IMG/VR virus record: IMGVR_UViG_3300017917_002401
Location: 1-64,000 of that record
Strand: one strand, 5' to 3'
DNA length: 64,000 nt
Origin: a virus
Shown here one piece after another: positions 43,839-53,981 of this stretch (the stretch's first letter is position 1; the number at the start of each line of letters is the position of its first letter). The notes below the pieces were generated by a model that saw only the letters and a list, made by a program, of their open reading frames with translations, was not told where the DNA came from and made no database searches. Made by a program: the position numbers and the translations under genes.

Positions 43839-46800
43839 ATGGCAGACATTGAAGTTTCCTTTAGTTTATCAGACAATGGTACAATTAAAGATAAGGTTAA
43901 AAGTGCCCGTGACCTTAATCACGAATTAGATAAACAAGGTAAAATTTTATCAAAACTAAATTCACCACGTTCTAGCTACAAGCAATCAATGGGCGAAGGC
44001 GAAGGTGTTGAATATGGTGTTGCGCGTGGAGCTGTGGGTACTGGAGCTGCTGGTCGCGATTTCGCTAAACAGGCACAAGGTCTAGGTGGTTTAGTTCACG
44101 TTTACGCTACCTTTGCAGCTAACCTTTTCGCCGTTGGCGCAGCATTTCGTGCATTAAGCGACGCAGCCGATACTACCAATATGATTAAAGGTATGGATCA
44201 GCTAGGTGCCGCTACAGGTAAATCGCTTGGCACAATTGCTAAAAGACTAGTAGAAACTACAGATGGTGCAATTTCTTTTAGAGACGCTATTGAAGCTACT
44301 ACTAAAGGTGCTGCTGCTGGTTTAAGCTCCGTCCAAATGAATCAAATGGCCGAGGTAGCCAAAAAAGCATCTCAGTCTCTTGGCATATCTATGCCTGACG
44401 CTCTAAGTCGTCTAAGTCGTGGTATCTCTAAACTAGAGCCCGAATTACTAGATGAATTGGGCTTATATACAAAAATAGATAAAGCCACACAAGATTACGC
44501 TAGAACTATTGGTAAAACTGCGACTACTCTAACCGATTTTGAAAAGCGTCAAGCCTTTGCTAACGCTGTACTAAAAGAAGGTCTTGACAAATTTGCAGCT
44601 ATAGATTTAGCTGCTAATCCTTACGACAAGCTATTGGCTAGCTTAAAGAATGTAGGCCAACAAGCTCTAGAAATGGTAAACGTAATTTTAGGTCCTTTAG
44701 TAACCTTACTAGCAGCAAGCCCTAGTGGTTTAATGGCGGTGTTAACTGGCATCAGTGTTTTACTATTAAAACAAGCCATCCCAGCCCTAGGCCAGTATCG
44801 TGAAAGTTTAGCTAGAACAGCAGAATCAAGTCGTTTACAATTTACTAAAATCTATAAAGATCAACAAGCTTCTATAGGTGAAATGGCAGGAAGTGCTGCT
44901 GTAAGTGCAGAAGCCGCATACAGAAGTTCTAGCAGAGTATTAAATAAAACAAAAGAATTAGCTAGATCAGCAGCACAGTTTGAAGATACCGCTAAAATGA
45001 AGTGGTCAGAGCTAGCTGCAAAAGATCCTTTTGAGCTAACTCCTCAAGAGTTAAAGTCTTTAGATAATAGAGTAAAAACACTTGCAAGAAGTAACAAAGA
45101 CCAAGCAGATTTATTAAGAGCACATATTAAAGAGATAAAAACATTAAGAGCAGAAGCTACAAAAGCTGGTGATATAGCCCAGGAACGTATAGAACGAAAA
45201 GCTTCAGGGCCTTTGTCTACTGTTGGTGCTAATGAGATTATTTATCGTAGAGAAATGACGAATGCTGTTGCAGCAAGTATTAAAAGTACTGTTGCTGAAA
45301 CTCAGGCACTTTATGGTGCAAGAGCCGCTTTTGCTCAATTAAGTGATGAGCTTAATAAAGCTAAAGCAGGTATGCAAAAAGTACAAGTTGGTACTGACGA
45401 AGCTGGTAATGCTATAATGGAAACGGCCCCTAAGATGGGCAAAGTTAAAGCAGGTTTAACAGGTTTATCAGCAGCTTTCGGTATTGTAACTACTAAAATC
45501 GGCACAACATTAAATGCTCTTAGTCCTTGGTTAGTAGGTTTAGGTTTAGCAGCAGAAGCTTTAAGTTTATTTGACTCTTGGATGTCAAAAACAGCCCGTG
45601 AACAGGAAGCATTTAGTAAAGCTCTTGCTGGTATCTCTGATAGCGTAGATAATGCAACTAGAACTATAGATATCTTACGAAAGAAAGGTGCAGTAGAATC
45701 TGCAACTATTTCTGGGGTATTTGCACTATCCAATGCTATGAGTGAGCTAACTACTTCGGTAGAATTAGCTTTATACGCAAATCAGCAACTTAAATCTGTT
45801 ATGGAAGGCAGCTGGTGGGATACAGCAAAGAATAACGTATTAAAATTATTCGGTGCTGATATAGACACTAAATTAGCAGAAAATCTTACAAAAAGCTTAG
45901 AGTCTAGTCTACAAATATTTGCTCAATCTGGTAAATACGAAAAAGCTAGTGCAGCGTTTAAAAAAGCTTTAGGACTAGAAACTTTAGATACTACTTCTGT
46001 AACTAAAGCATTTAAAAATAGTACCGAAGCTCAAAAAGCATTTGAACAAGCACAAAAAGAATTAAATGGTGAATTAGCTGCATCTAACGGCCGATTACAG
46101 TCATTTAAAACAGCTACAGAAAATTCTACCAAAGCTTATCAAGAATTTATACAAAGTACAGCAAATAATAATCCTTTATTTAAACTAGGTGCTGCTTTAG
46201 AAGATGTAGCAAACTCTATGCAAGGAGTTTTAAAAGGCGGACTAGAGGATGTTAATGCCGCTTTTGATGATTTAGTTAAACACCCTGAAAAGTTTACTTT
46301 ATTCGGTCAGAAATTCGTAGAACAGTTTGTAGAGATCAGAGGTGAATTTGCCAAAACTTATGAAGCTCAGCAGCGTTATATTGCTAATGTAGCAAAATTA
46401 GATCAACAAGCTGAGCAAGTGCGTGCCCGACTAATAGAAGCTCAAGCCAGAAAAGATGCTGGTAAAGCGGGTAGCCGTACTAATGTATTTATTTCTAATG
46501 CTCAACAAGAGCTAGAAAACATAAATCGACAAAAACAAAGTTTAAATGCTCCTGATACTCAAGTAATTGTTCGTACTACAGAGTTATTTAGAGAAGGTGC
46601 AATTGAAGCCTTTACTCGTGGTGCAGATCTTATTAATAAGGCACTTGGCCAAGCGTCTGAACGTGCAGCTATTACTATTGCTCAAGCAAAATTAGGCGGT
46701 TTAACTGGTGAAAGACAGGCTCAAGAAGCAACAAGATTAAAACAACAAGAATTACAACTTCAATTAAGTGCTATTAATACAAATATAGACTTAATTAGAA

Positions 46801-48539
46801 GTCAGGAAGAATTAAAAGCTACGATAGATTTAAGTAATGCTATTGCAATGGCTTCTGATAAAGAAGGTAAAACCGGCGAACAAGCTAACATGGCACAGGC
46901 CGAGTTAGTAGCTGCTGCTACTTTCAAGAAAATGTTGTCTGAAGGCGGCAGAGGTAAACTAGAGTTTAAAACTACAGGTAACGAACTTGCTGATGCTCTA
47001 TTAAAACTAAAACTAGTCGGAACAAATAGACAGATTGCTCAACAAGAGGCTTCTGCTATTAAAGTTCGAGGTGAGCAAGCTGCGGAAACGATTGCTGGCA
47101 GACGCGCTATTAGAGAAGGTCAGTTAAAAGACTTAGAAAAGATAGTTAGTATTAACAGTGACATTATACAGCAAGAAGTAGCTAAGTATAATATTATTCA
47201 GAGTATAAACGGTGCAGCTACAGTAGAAACAGCACAACGCGCAATTATTCTAGAAAATGATATTTTAGAAACTAAGCAAATGTTGGAAAGACAGGCTGTT
47301 CAAGTAGCAATACGGAATGCAACTGAAGCAGGAAATGCCAAAGAAATTGCTTTTCAAAAGGATTATTTAGCTAAGGTTATTGAACGACAGGCAGGTGAAC
47401 GCGATAATAAAGGTATTCAAGATAGAAATAAACTAATTGAAATACAGCTTGATACTGAAACTAAACTTAAGCAGTTAAAATTTGAACAAAATGACTTAGT
47501 TCTAAAAGGTACTGGTGAAGAAATAGCAAGAAATCAAGATATTCTTGGTATTAAGAATTCTTTATATTTAATTAGTTCACAAGAATACGAGCAAGAAAGA
47601 AATCGTTTAACAGTTCAAGCTGCTTTAAACAGTTTTGCACGCGAAGAACTAAAGCTACAAAAAGATAAAGCCGCAGCAATCAGCGAAGTACAGTCTAGAA
47701 TTGATAAAGCTGCTTCTGATCCATCTGCTTTAAATAGATTAAACCTTGAAAAAGAAGGTATTGAGAAAAGATTTAAGTTAGAAGAAGAAGGATTGGCAAA
47801 AGCCAAACAAGGAAAACTAGAAGCTATAGCCCTAGATCAGTCTATGTCTGATAAAATGAAGGGATATTCTAATATAGTAGAGAATGCTTTTGTAAGTATG
47901 GGTGATGCTATTGCTGAATTCGCAAAAACAGGTAAACTAAACTTCAAAGGTTTAGTAGACAGCATGATTGCTGACCTAATAAGATTTGAACTGCAGCAGC
48001 AAATGAAATCTTTATACGGTGGCTTAGGCGGTCTGGGAGGATTAACTGGTCTAATAGGTGGATGGTTAAATCCTACAGGTGCTGCTAATGCTCCTGGAGG
48101 TAGTAAATTTGGTATGGATCTTGGTTTTGATACAGTCAATGCTAAGGGTGCTGTATACAATGCGGGCTTGCAAATGTTTGCAAAAGGTGGTGCATTCACT
48201 AATAGCATTGTAAACGACCCTACTGTGTTTAAGTTTGCACAAGGCACAGGCATAATGGGTGAAGCAGGACCCGAAGCCATCGTGCCCCTAAAGCGCGACA
48301 GCAACGGCAACCTAGGTGTTCGCACAAATCAGCAACAAGCACCTCAAACTAGCGTAGTTGTTAATAACTATGGTAGCGAGAAGGCAACTACTCGTGAAAC
48401 TACCGATAGCAACGGAAATCGTAAGATTGAAGTTATTATTGGAGATATGGTAGCTCAAGAAGTAGGACGCACAGGAAGTAATACACAACAAGCACTGGGC
48501 AGTACTTTTGGAACGAGACCTGCACTAGCAAGGAGATAA
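43839..48539 (+). CDS. tape measure protein
   Basis: 1566 aa, helical Ala-rich, C-terminal MGEAGPEAI.PL. Confidence 0.95.
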   Translation: MADIEVSFSLSDNGTIKDKVKSARDLNHELDKQGKILSKLNSPRSSYKQSMGEGEGVEYGVARGAVGTGAAGRDFAKQAQGLGGLVHVYATFAANLFAVGAAFRALSDAADTTNMIKGMDQLGAATGKSLGTIAKRLVETTDGAISFRDAIEATTKGAAAGLSSVQMNQMAEVAKKASQSLGISMPDALSRLSRGISKLEPELLDELGLYTKIDKATQDYARTIGKTATTLTDFEKRQAFANAVLKEGLDKFAAIDLAANPYDKLLASLKNVGQQALEMVNVILGPLVTLLAASPSGLMAVLTGISVLLLKQAIPALGQYRESLARTAESSRLQFTKIYKDQQASIGEMAGSAAVSAEAAYRSSSRVLNKTKELARSAAQFEDTAKMKWSELAAKDPFELTPQELKSLDNRVKTLARSNKDQADLLRAHIKEIKTLRAEATKAGDIAQERIERKASGPLSTVGANEIIYRREMTNAVAASIKSTVAETQALYGARAAFAQLSDELNKAKAGMQKVQVGTDEAGNAIMETAPKMGKVKAGLTGLSAAFGIVTTKIGTTLNALSPWLVGLGLAAEALSLFDSWMSKTAREQEAFSKALAGISDSVDNATRTIDILRKKGAVESATISGVFALSNAMSELTTSVELALYANQQLKSVMEGSWWDTAKNNVLKLFGADIDTKLAENLTKSLESSLQIFAQSGKYEKASAAFKKALGLETLDTTSVTKAFKNSTEAQKAFEQAQKELNGELAASNGRLQSFKTATENSTKAYQEFIQSTANNNPLFKLGAALEDVANSMQGVLKGGLEDVNAAFDDLVKHPEKFTLFGQKFVEQFVEIRGEFAKTYEAQQRYIANVAKLDQQAEQVRARLIEAQARKDAGKAGSRTNVFISNAQQELENINRQKQSLNAPDTQVIVRTTELFREGAIEAFTRGADLINKALGQASERAAITIAQAKLGGLTGERQAQEATRLKQQELQLQLSAINTNIDLIRSQEELKATIDLSNAIAMASDKEGKTGEQANMAQAELVAAATFKKMLSEGGRGKLEFKTTGNELADALLKLKLVGTNRQIAQQEASAIKVRGEQAAETIAGRRAIREGQLKDLEKIVSINSDIIQQEVAKYNIIQSINGAATVETAQRAIILENDILETKQMLERQAVQVAIRNATEAGNAKEIAFQKDYLAKVIERQAGERDNKGIQDRNKLIEIQLDTETKLKQLKFEQNDLVLKGTGEEIARNQDILGIKNSLYLISSQEYEQERNRLTVQAALNSFAREELKLQKDKAAAISEVQSRIDKAASDPSALNRLNLEKEGIEKRFKLEEEGLAKAKQGKLEAIALDQSMSDKMKGYSNIVENAFVSMGDAIAEFAKTGKLNFKGLVDSMIADLIRFELQQQMKSLYGGLGGLGGLTGLIGGWLNPTGAANAPGGSKFGMDLGFDTVNAKGAVYNAGLQMFAKGGAFTNSIVNDPTVFKFAQGTGIMGEAGPEAIVPLKRDSNGNLGVRTNQQQAPQTSVVVNNYGSEKATTRETTDSNGNRKIEVIIGDMVAQEVGRTGSNTQQALGSTFGTRPALARR

Positions 48540-48542
48540 AAT

Positions 48543-48902
48543 ATGGCTTTACCAGTATGGCCTACAAGCCTACCACAAGCTCCGCAAAAAGGTTTCAATG
48601 AATCCCTGGGAATGAATATAATTCGTTCCCAGACGGATTTAGGGCCTGCTAAGCAGCGCAGACGTGGTGTCAGTCCTAATACTATGGACGTATCATTTAT
48701 TTTAACAACAGACCAAGCCCAGACCTTAGAGACCTTTATCCTAGATACTCTAAGTGGAGTTAAGCGATTTATATTTAAACATCCACGAACTACTCAAAAC
48801 GTAGAAGTACGTGTGGTTAATCAAAGTGGTAATTTATATAAGTTGCAATACTTAGCTCCTGGGTATTGGACTGCCAATATGGTTTTTGAAATACTGCCAT
48901 GA
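48543..48902 (+). CDS. distal tail (Dit-like) protein
   Basis: WP..LP...D.GPAK.RRR, directly after TMP. Confidence 0.8.
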   Translation: MALPVWPTSLPQAPQKGFNESLGMNIIRSQTDLGPAKQRRRGVSPNTMDVSFILTTDQAQTLETFILDTLSGVKRFIFKHPRTTQNVEVRVVNQSGNLYKLQYLAPGYWTANMVFEILP

Positions 48903-49468
48903 GTAGATTAAGCACATTATCAGCAGCCGCTATTAAAGCGATGTTTTCGTCAGAAACTGACGATAGATTAATAATGCTTATTACTATATATGATCCAAAT
49001 GATCCGAGCCAGCCTATAATTAGACTGGCTGATGGATTTACTCAACGATTAATTAGTAATAATGCAGGAGATATTTCTGGTCAGCCAATTACAACAGATG
49101 ATGAAGTAATATATGGCGTAGTATCCAGAAATCATAATTATGTATTTATTCCTATGCAAATACAAACTCCTGGAGAACAGGAGACTGGCGTTAGTAATTG
49201 TTCTTTAACAATTAATTATGTAACTCCTGAAATGATTGAGTTAATTCGATCATATGTGCATAGTCCCGCAAAAGTAAATATAGAACTAGTATTAGCAGGC
49301 AGTACTACTAGTCCAGATACTGTAGAGGCACAGTTTTCTGGATTTTATGCTACTAATATATCGTATAATGCGGAGTCCATTAATGTGGAGCTAACTATGA
49401 TAGACTATACAAGGGAACCTTTTCCTTGTTATAGTTTTATTCCAAGCTATTTTCCGGGATTATTCTAA
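48899..49468 (+). CDS. DUF1833-like baseplate protein
   Basis: EPFP...F.P..FPGLF terminus. Confidence 0.75.
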   Translation: MSRLSTLSAAAIKAMFSSETDDRLIMLITIYDPNDPSQPIIRLADGFTQRLISNNAGDISGQPITTDDEVIYGVVSRNHNYVFIPMQIQTPGEQETGVSNCSLTINYVTPEMIELIRSYVHSPAKVNIELVLAGSTTSPDTVEAQFSGFYATNISYNAESINVELTMIDYTREPFPCYSFIPSYFPGLF

Positions 49469-52400
49469 TGAATTACGAAAAGTATATAGGTTTACCTTAT
49501 AAAGAATTAGGCAGAGATGTAACTGGTATTGATTGTTGGGGATTAGTACGCCTATTCTATAAACAAGAATTAGGTATAGATTTACCTAGCTATGCTGACC
49601 TGTATACAAGCAGTAGAGACCCAGATCTTCCGGCTACAATAGAATCTCATAAAGATTCGTGGCTTCTATCTGATACTGCTGATATTGGTGATGTATGTTT
49701 ATTTAATATATATGGCGAACCACTACATGTAGGCATATATATTGGCAATAATAAGTTTATTCACGCACGCGATGGCAAAGACTCCGTCGTAGAAAGCTTA
49801 GATAGCACTCAATGGTCAAAAAGATTTCAAGGGTTTTATAAGTACACCCCAAAATTATTAGAATTAGTTGGATCGCCACACCCACTGAAAACCTCTGTAG
49901 TACATGAAAAGGCTGTTGTAGGTGATACAGTATTAGAACTAACAAAATATATTAAGCAAAAATATACTATAAGTGACAAAATAGAGAGTCGTTTGGTAGT
50001 TTTAATTAATGGCAACCATGTTCCTCAAGACCAATGGGCACAAACAAAACTAAATGCCGGAGATTCAGTAGCGTATAAAATTTTAGCTGAAGGTAACGGT
50101 GGCAGGATGTTGCTTATGGCAGCTGTAATGATTGCTGCTGTAATGACTGGTCAAATATATGGTGCTGAAATCGCCACTGCTCTTGGTACTTCTCAGGCAG
50201 TAGGTACAGCTCTGGTAACAATGACGGTTAATATGGTTGGTATGGCTTTGGTTAATGCCATTGCTCCAATCCGTACACCTGACCCTAATGCTGCAGGAAC
50301 TCCACGAGGCTTAAATCTTTTTTCAGGTTCCAGCAACCAAATCAATCGTTTTGGATCTATTCCAGTTGTCCTAGGTCGTATGCGTGTAACAGGCGTGCAT
50401 GGTGCTACGCCTTATATTGACACACTAACAGATACAACACTAATGAATATGTTAATTGTATGGGGTTTTGGTCCTCTTACAATTGAAGACTTACGCATTG
50501 GCGTGAATCCAATACAAAACTATTACGATAAAGAATTTGCACAAAATATTCCAGGACCCGTACACTTGTATGGTTATGCTGGTGAAGATGATACTGAATT
50601 TAATAAAATCTATGGTGGTGACGTAGAACAAGCCAATGTATCTGCCGTAGAACTGGTAAATAATACAGAAGATGGTAATCCTTGGCAAAACGTTGCTTTA
50701 GCTAATCCTTGTAGTGAACTAGGAATTGCCTTTTCTTTTCCCGAAGGCATGCGCCAGTTAGTAACTAGTGGTGAAGGTGCCGGTAATATAAATACTGCTA
50801 CAGCTTATGTAGAAGTACAAGTACGCAAGTATGATACAGATCCAGCTACAAATGAGTATGCTTGGGAATCTGCAACACCATATAACTTATTGTCTTATAA
50901 CAACACTGCTCAAAGTGGTGTGGTCTATGGTATTGATAAAATACTGGGTAAATTATCTATTCGTAGAACCGGTTATGTTGTAGATACTCCGCTATATAAA
51001 GACTATGCAATCTGTTTAACACCAGGTGGCGGCTATGCTGTCCTAGAAGGTGCTGGTTACGATACTTACGGCGAAGCAATTGCCGACGATATCCTAGAAC
51101 TTTACCATAATAATACATACGGTAGCTTAATTGGTACAGATAATAATTTTAGTAAAACACCAGTAATTCCTGCTAGTTATATTAAAATGTATAGTTTTAC
51201 TATGTATGAGGGAGCTATATACCAGATACCTCAGTATGGTAATCAAGAAGACCCAAATCTCGTAACCAGTTATGTAACTACATTGGTTAGTTACTTATCT
51301 AGTTACGACCACATTGGCTTAGAGTTTGAATCTACTCAAAAAACTGATGGTGGGACAGTATATGCCACCCAAATAAAAGTAAAAACCGGCAGAATTTATA
51401 ATACACTACTAGATAATAATGCACAAGGTACTGTGGAAGCAGTATTTGATAGCAGAGAGTTATTAAGCAGCTCTGTTATTGTGCCTGGATCATATAGTGG
51501 CTGGAGTGGTATCCTTAAAACTTTTGGCGTCTGGGCAGCAGACGTTGCAGGACAAGCACCACTTACTTTTTCAGCTGTTAAAAATAATGTAGTTTTTAAA
51601 TATAGTGGATATTACCTAATCACAGGCTCAGCTGATGATGAGGGTGCCGTGTATATTGATAACCGTCCCGCACTGTTAATGAGTAATCCTGCATATGCAT
51701 CAGAAATGACTAATATGATGTATGTAGAAGCAGGTACTTATCCTGTGCGCGTTACTGGTAAAAATAGTGGTGGTTTAGCTGCCGTAGCTGCTAAAATTAC
51801 TTATCAATCTACCGGAGGTCTAAACAACTTACCAAAGCCAAGTACTATTTTAGCATTTGGTGAGCCTGGATTCTATAATAAGCGTCGCGATGCTTTTAAC
51901 TTTGTGTATCGCATCAAAAATCTTCCAAGAGCAAAGTACGAAATACGTGTTCGCCGAATTAACTCGGATGTTATTGAGCCTACAAACAATGTGCGAAACT
52001 TCCACAAAGTTCAGTTATTCTCAGTAACTGGTTACGACTATAACTATGTAGAAGCAGATGGTACAATTGTTCCAATTCGACCAATTAAAGATCTACCTGG
52101 AAGCGGTACTAACAAAGCTTATTTAGCTAGAACCGCTATTCGTATCCAAAGTACCAATAAAGCCAATGGCACTGTAGACGGCGTAAACGCTGTTGTACAG
52201 ACTATGTGTAAAGTTTGGGACAGCAGTACACAGACTTGGAAACCAAATACTGCAACAAGTAATCCAGCTGCATTATTCCGATATGTGTTAACCCACCCTG
52301 CAAATGCATATCGCATAGAAGAAAGCGAAGTGGCTAGCAGAATAGATTTAGTTGCTATTCAAGAGTGGTATGAGTTTTGCCGAACACATAATCCGCCGCT

Positions 52401-53973
52401 GGAGTATAACAGTGTAATGACTAATACTCAGAGTGTAATGGATGTTCTGCGCGATATTTGTGCCGCCGGTCTAGCTAGTCCAAATTATGTAGACGGTAAG
52501 TGGACTGTGGTTGTTGATAAGCCTCGCAGTTATGTAACACAATACTTTACTCCACATAACAGCTGGGGATTTGAAGCTACAAAACTATTGCCACGTATTC
52601 CACACGCATTCCGTGTAAGTTTTGCGAATAAAAATAAAGCATATCAACCAGATGAGCGTATAGTTTATAATTACGGATATAACTCCTCAACTGCTTCTGT
52701 GTTTGAAGAATTACATTTACCTGGTGTAACAGATCCTGACCAAGCTGTATTTATGGCTCGCTGGCACCTTGCACAGATTAAACTACGTCCTGAACGTTAC
52801 ACTATTAATACCGATTTCGAATACTTAGTATGTAATCGAGGTGATTTAGTACGAGTTACTCACGATGTTCCACTATGGGGCACTGGCAGTGGTCGTATAA
52901 AGTCTATTAGTGGTAATGTGCTAGAGTTAACTGAACCAGTACAATTAAATCCTGCAAAACAATATCAAATTCGTATTCGTACTAATACTGGCAGTTCTGT
53001 GGTACTAGCCATTGCAAGTGTAAATACTGCAGGCTTATACGATACTATAACAGCAACTGTTTCTATTCCATTAAGTGTTGAGTCCGATAACTTATTTATG
53101 CTTGGTGAAGTTGGGCATGAAACTCAACAATTAGTGGTTTTAAGTATTGAAACTTCTTCAAACACTTCTGCCAGAATCACGTTAATGGATTATTCCAGTG
53201 AGATTTATACAGCTGATCTAACAGACTTATTAATATTTGATCCCAATATTAGTGGTGTAAGTAATCCTATAGTTCGTAGTACTATTACCAAAGCTCCTAC
53301 AATTACAGGCGTTACAACAGATGACGCACTAAGTGAAGAAATCTCTAGTGGAACATATCAAAACGTAACTATAGTTAGTTTTGCTAATAGTCCGAACTTG
53401 ACTGTTGAAGCTACCAGAGTTCAGCTACAATGCGTAGTAGGCAATTCCGAGTTAGAAGACAGCAGCCCAGCTTCTACTGTTTATACTAATAAAGAGTCCG
53501 GAAGTTTTACAGTCACAGGTCTAAGATCTATGACTATGTATAAGTTCCGAGCTAGATACGTTAACTCAACTGGTACTATTGTTGGTCCTTGGTCTGATAT
53601 TTTTTACGCAACAGTTACAGGTAAAACAATAAATAGAGCAATTGTAAATACAGTAGATCTATCTATGGATAGTACTTATTTAATTGCAAAAGTAACCGAT
53701 ATGTCTAATAAGCCAACAAACTTTAAGACATACGAATACAGGTTCTATAAAGATACTGGTACTGAAGATTTCTGGGACTTAGATCCTGTAACTAATAATA
53801 TCTACATAGTACAAAGCTTAGCTGAAGCTAGACTTAATCTGTTGGATATACCTCAACCTAGAATATCCGCAGCAGGCATAACTTATCGTGTAGCTTGCAG
53901 AGCTTTAGATACAAATAATAATTATAGTAGTGATAGCGCATTAGGTACTATCGTGGTAACTACAATAACTTAA
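49468..53973 (+). CDS. NlpC/P60 + tail assembly + central hub (J-like) fusion
   Basis: GIDCWGLV...HVGIY...FIHA; IPVVLG; SNPA; RGDLV; FN3-like C-terminus. Confidence 0.9.
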   Translation: MNYEKYIGLPYKELGRDVTGIDCWGLVRLFYKQELGIDLPSYADLYTSSRDPDLPATIESHKDSWLLSDTADIGDVCLFNIYGEPLHVGIYIGNNKFIHARDGKDSVVESLDSTQWSKRFQGFYKYTPKLLELVGSPHPLKTSVVHEKAVVGDTVLELTKYIKQKYTISDKIESRLVVLINGNHVPQDQWAQTKLNAGDSVAYKILAEGNGGRMLLMAAVMIAAVMTGQIYGAEIATALGTSQAVGTALVTMTVNMVGMALVNAIAPIRTPDPNAAGTPRGLNLFSGSSNQINRFGSIPVVLGRMRVTGVHGATPYIDTLTDTTLMNMLIVWGFGPLTIEDLRIGVNPIQNYYDKEFAQNIPGPVHLYGYAGEDDTEFNKIYGGDVEQANVSAVELVNNTEDGNPWQNVALANPCSELGIAFSFPEGMRQLVTSGEGAGNINTATAYVEVQVRKYDTDPATNEYAWESATPYNLLSYNNTAQSGVVYGIDKILGKLSIRRTGYVVDTPLYKDYAICLTPGGGYAVLEGAGYDTYGEAIADDILELYHNNTYGSLIGTDNNFSKTPVIPASYIKMYSFTMYEGAIYQIPQYGNQEDPNLVTSYVTTLVSYLSSYDHIGLEFESTQKTDGGTVYATQIKVKTGRIYNTLLDNNAQGTVEAVFDSRELLSSSVIVPGSYSGWSGILKTFGVWAADVAGQAPLTFSAVKNNVVFKYSGYYLITGSADDEGAVYIDNRPALLMSNPAYASEMTNMMYVEAGTYPVRVTGKNSGGLAAVAAKITYQSTGGLNNLPKPSTILAFGEPGFYNKRRDAFNFVYRIKNLPRAKYEIRVRRINSDVIEPTNNVRNFHKVQLFSVTGYDYNYVEADGTIVPIRPIKDLPGSGTNKAYLARTAIRIQSTNKANGTVDGVNAVVQTMCKVWDSSTQTWKPNTATSNPAALFRYVLTHPANAYRIEESEVASRIDLVAIQEWYEFCRTHNPPLEYNSVMTNTQSVMDVLRDICAAGLASPNYVDGKWTVVVDKPRSYVTQYFTPHNSWGFEATKLLPRIPHAFRVSFANKNKAYQPDERIVYNYGYNSSTASVFEELHLPGVTDPDQAVFMARWHLAQIKLRPERYTINTDFEYLVCNRGDLVRVTHDVPLWGTGSGRIKSISGNVLELTEPVQLNPAKQYQIRIRTNTGSSVVLAIASVNTAGLYDTITATVSIPLSVESDNLFMLGEVGHETQQLVVLSIETSSNTSARITLMDYSSEIYTADLTDLLIFDPNISGVSNPIVRSTITKAPTITGVTTDDALSEEISSGTYQNVTIVSFANSPNLTVEATRVQLQCVVGNSELEDSSPASTVYTNKESGSFTVTGLRSMTMYKFRARYVNSTGTIVGPWSDIFYATVTGKTINRAIVNTVDLSMDSTYLIAKVTDMSNKPTNFKTYEYRFYKDTGTEDFWDLDPVTNNIYIVQSLAEARLNLLDIPQPRISAAGITYRVACRALDTNNNYSSDSALGTIVVTTIT

Positions 53974-53981
53974 GGAAACTT

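Noticed and set aside
45335-48325. Antisense ORFs inside the tape measure and other structural genes
   Set aside because: No RBS or motifs. They are explained by codon bias of the sense gene.
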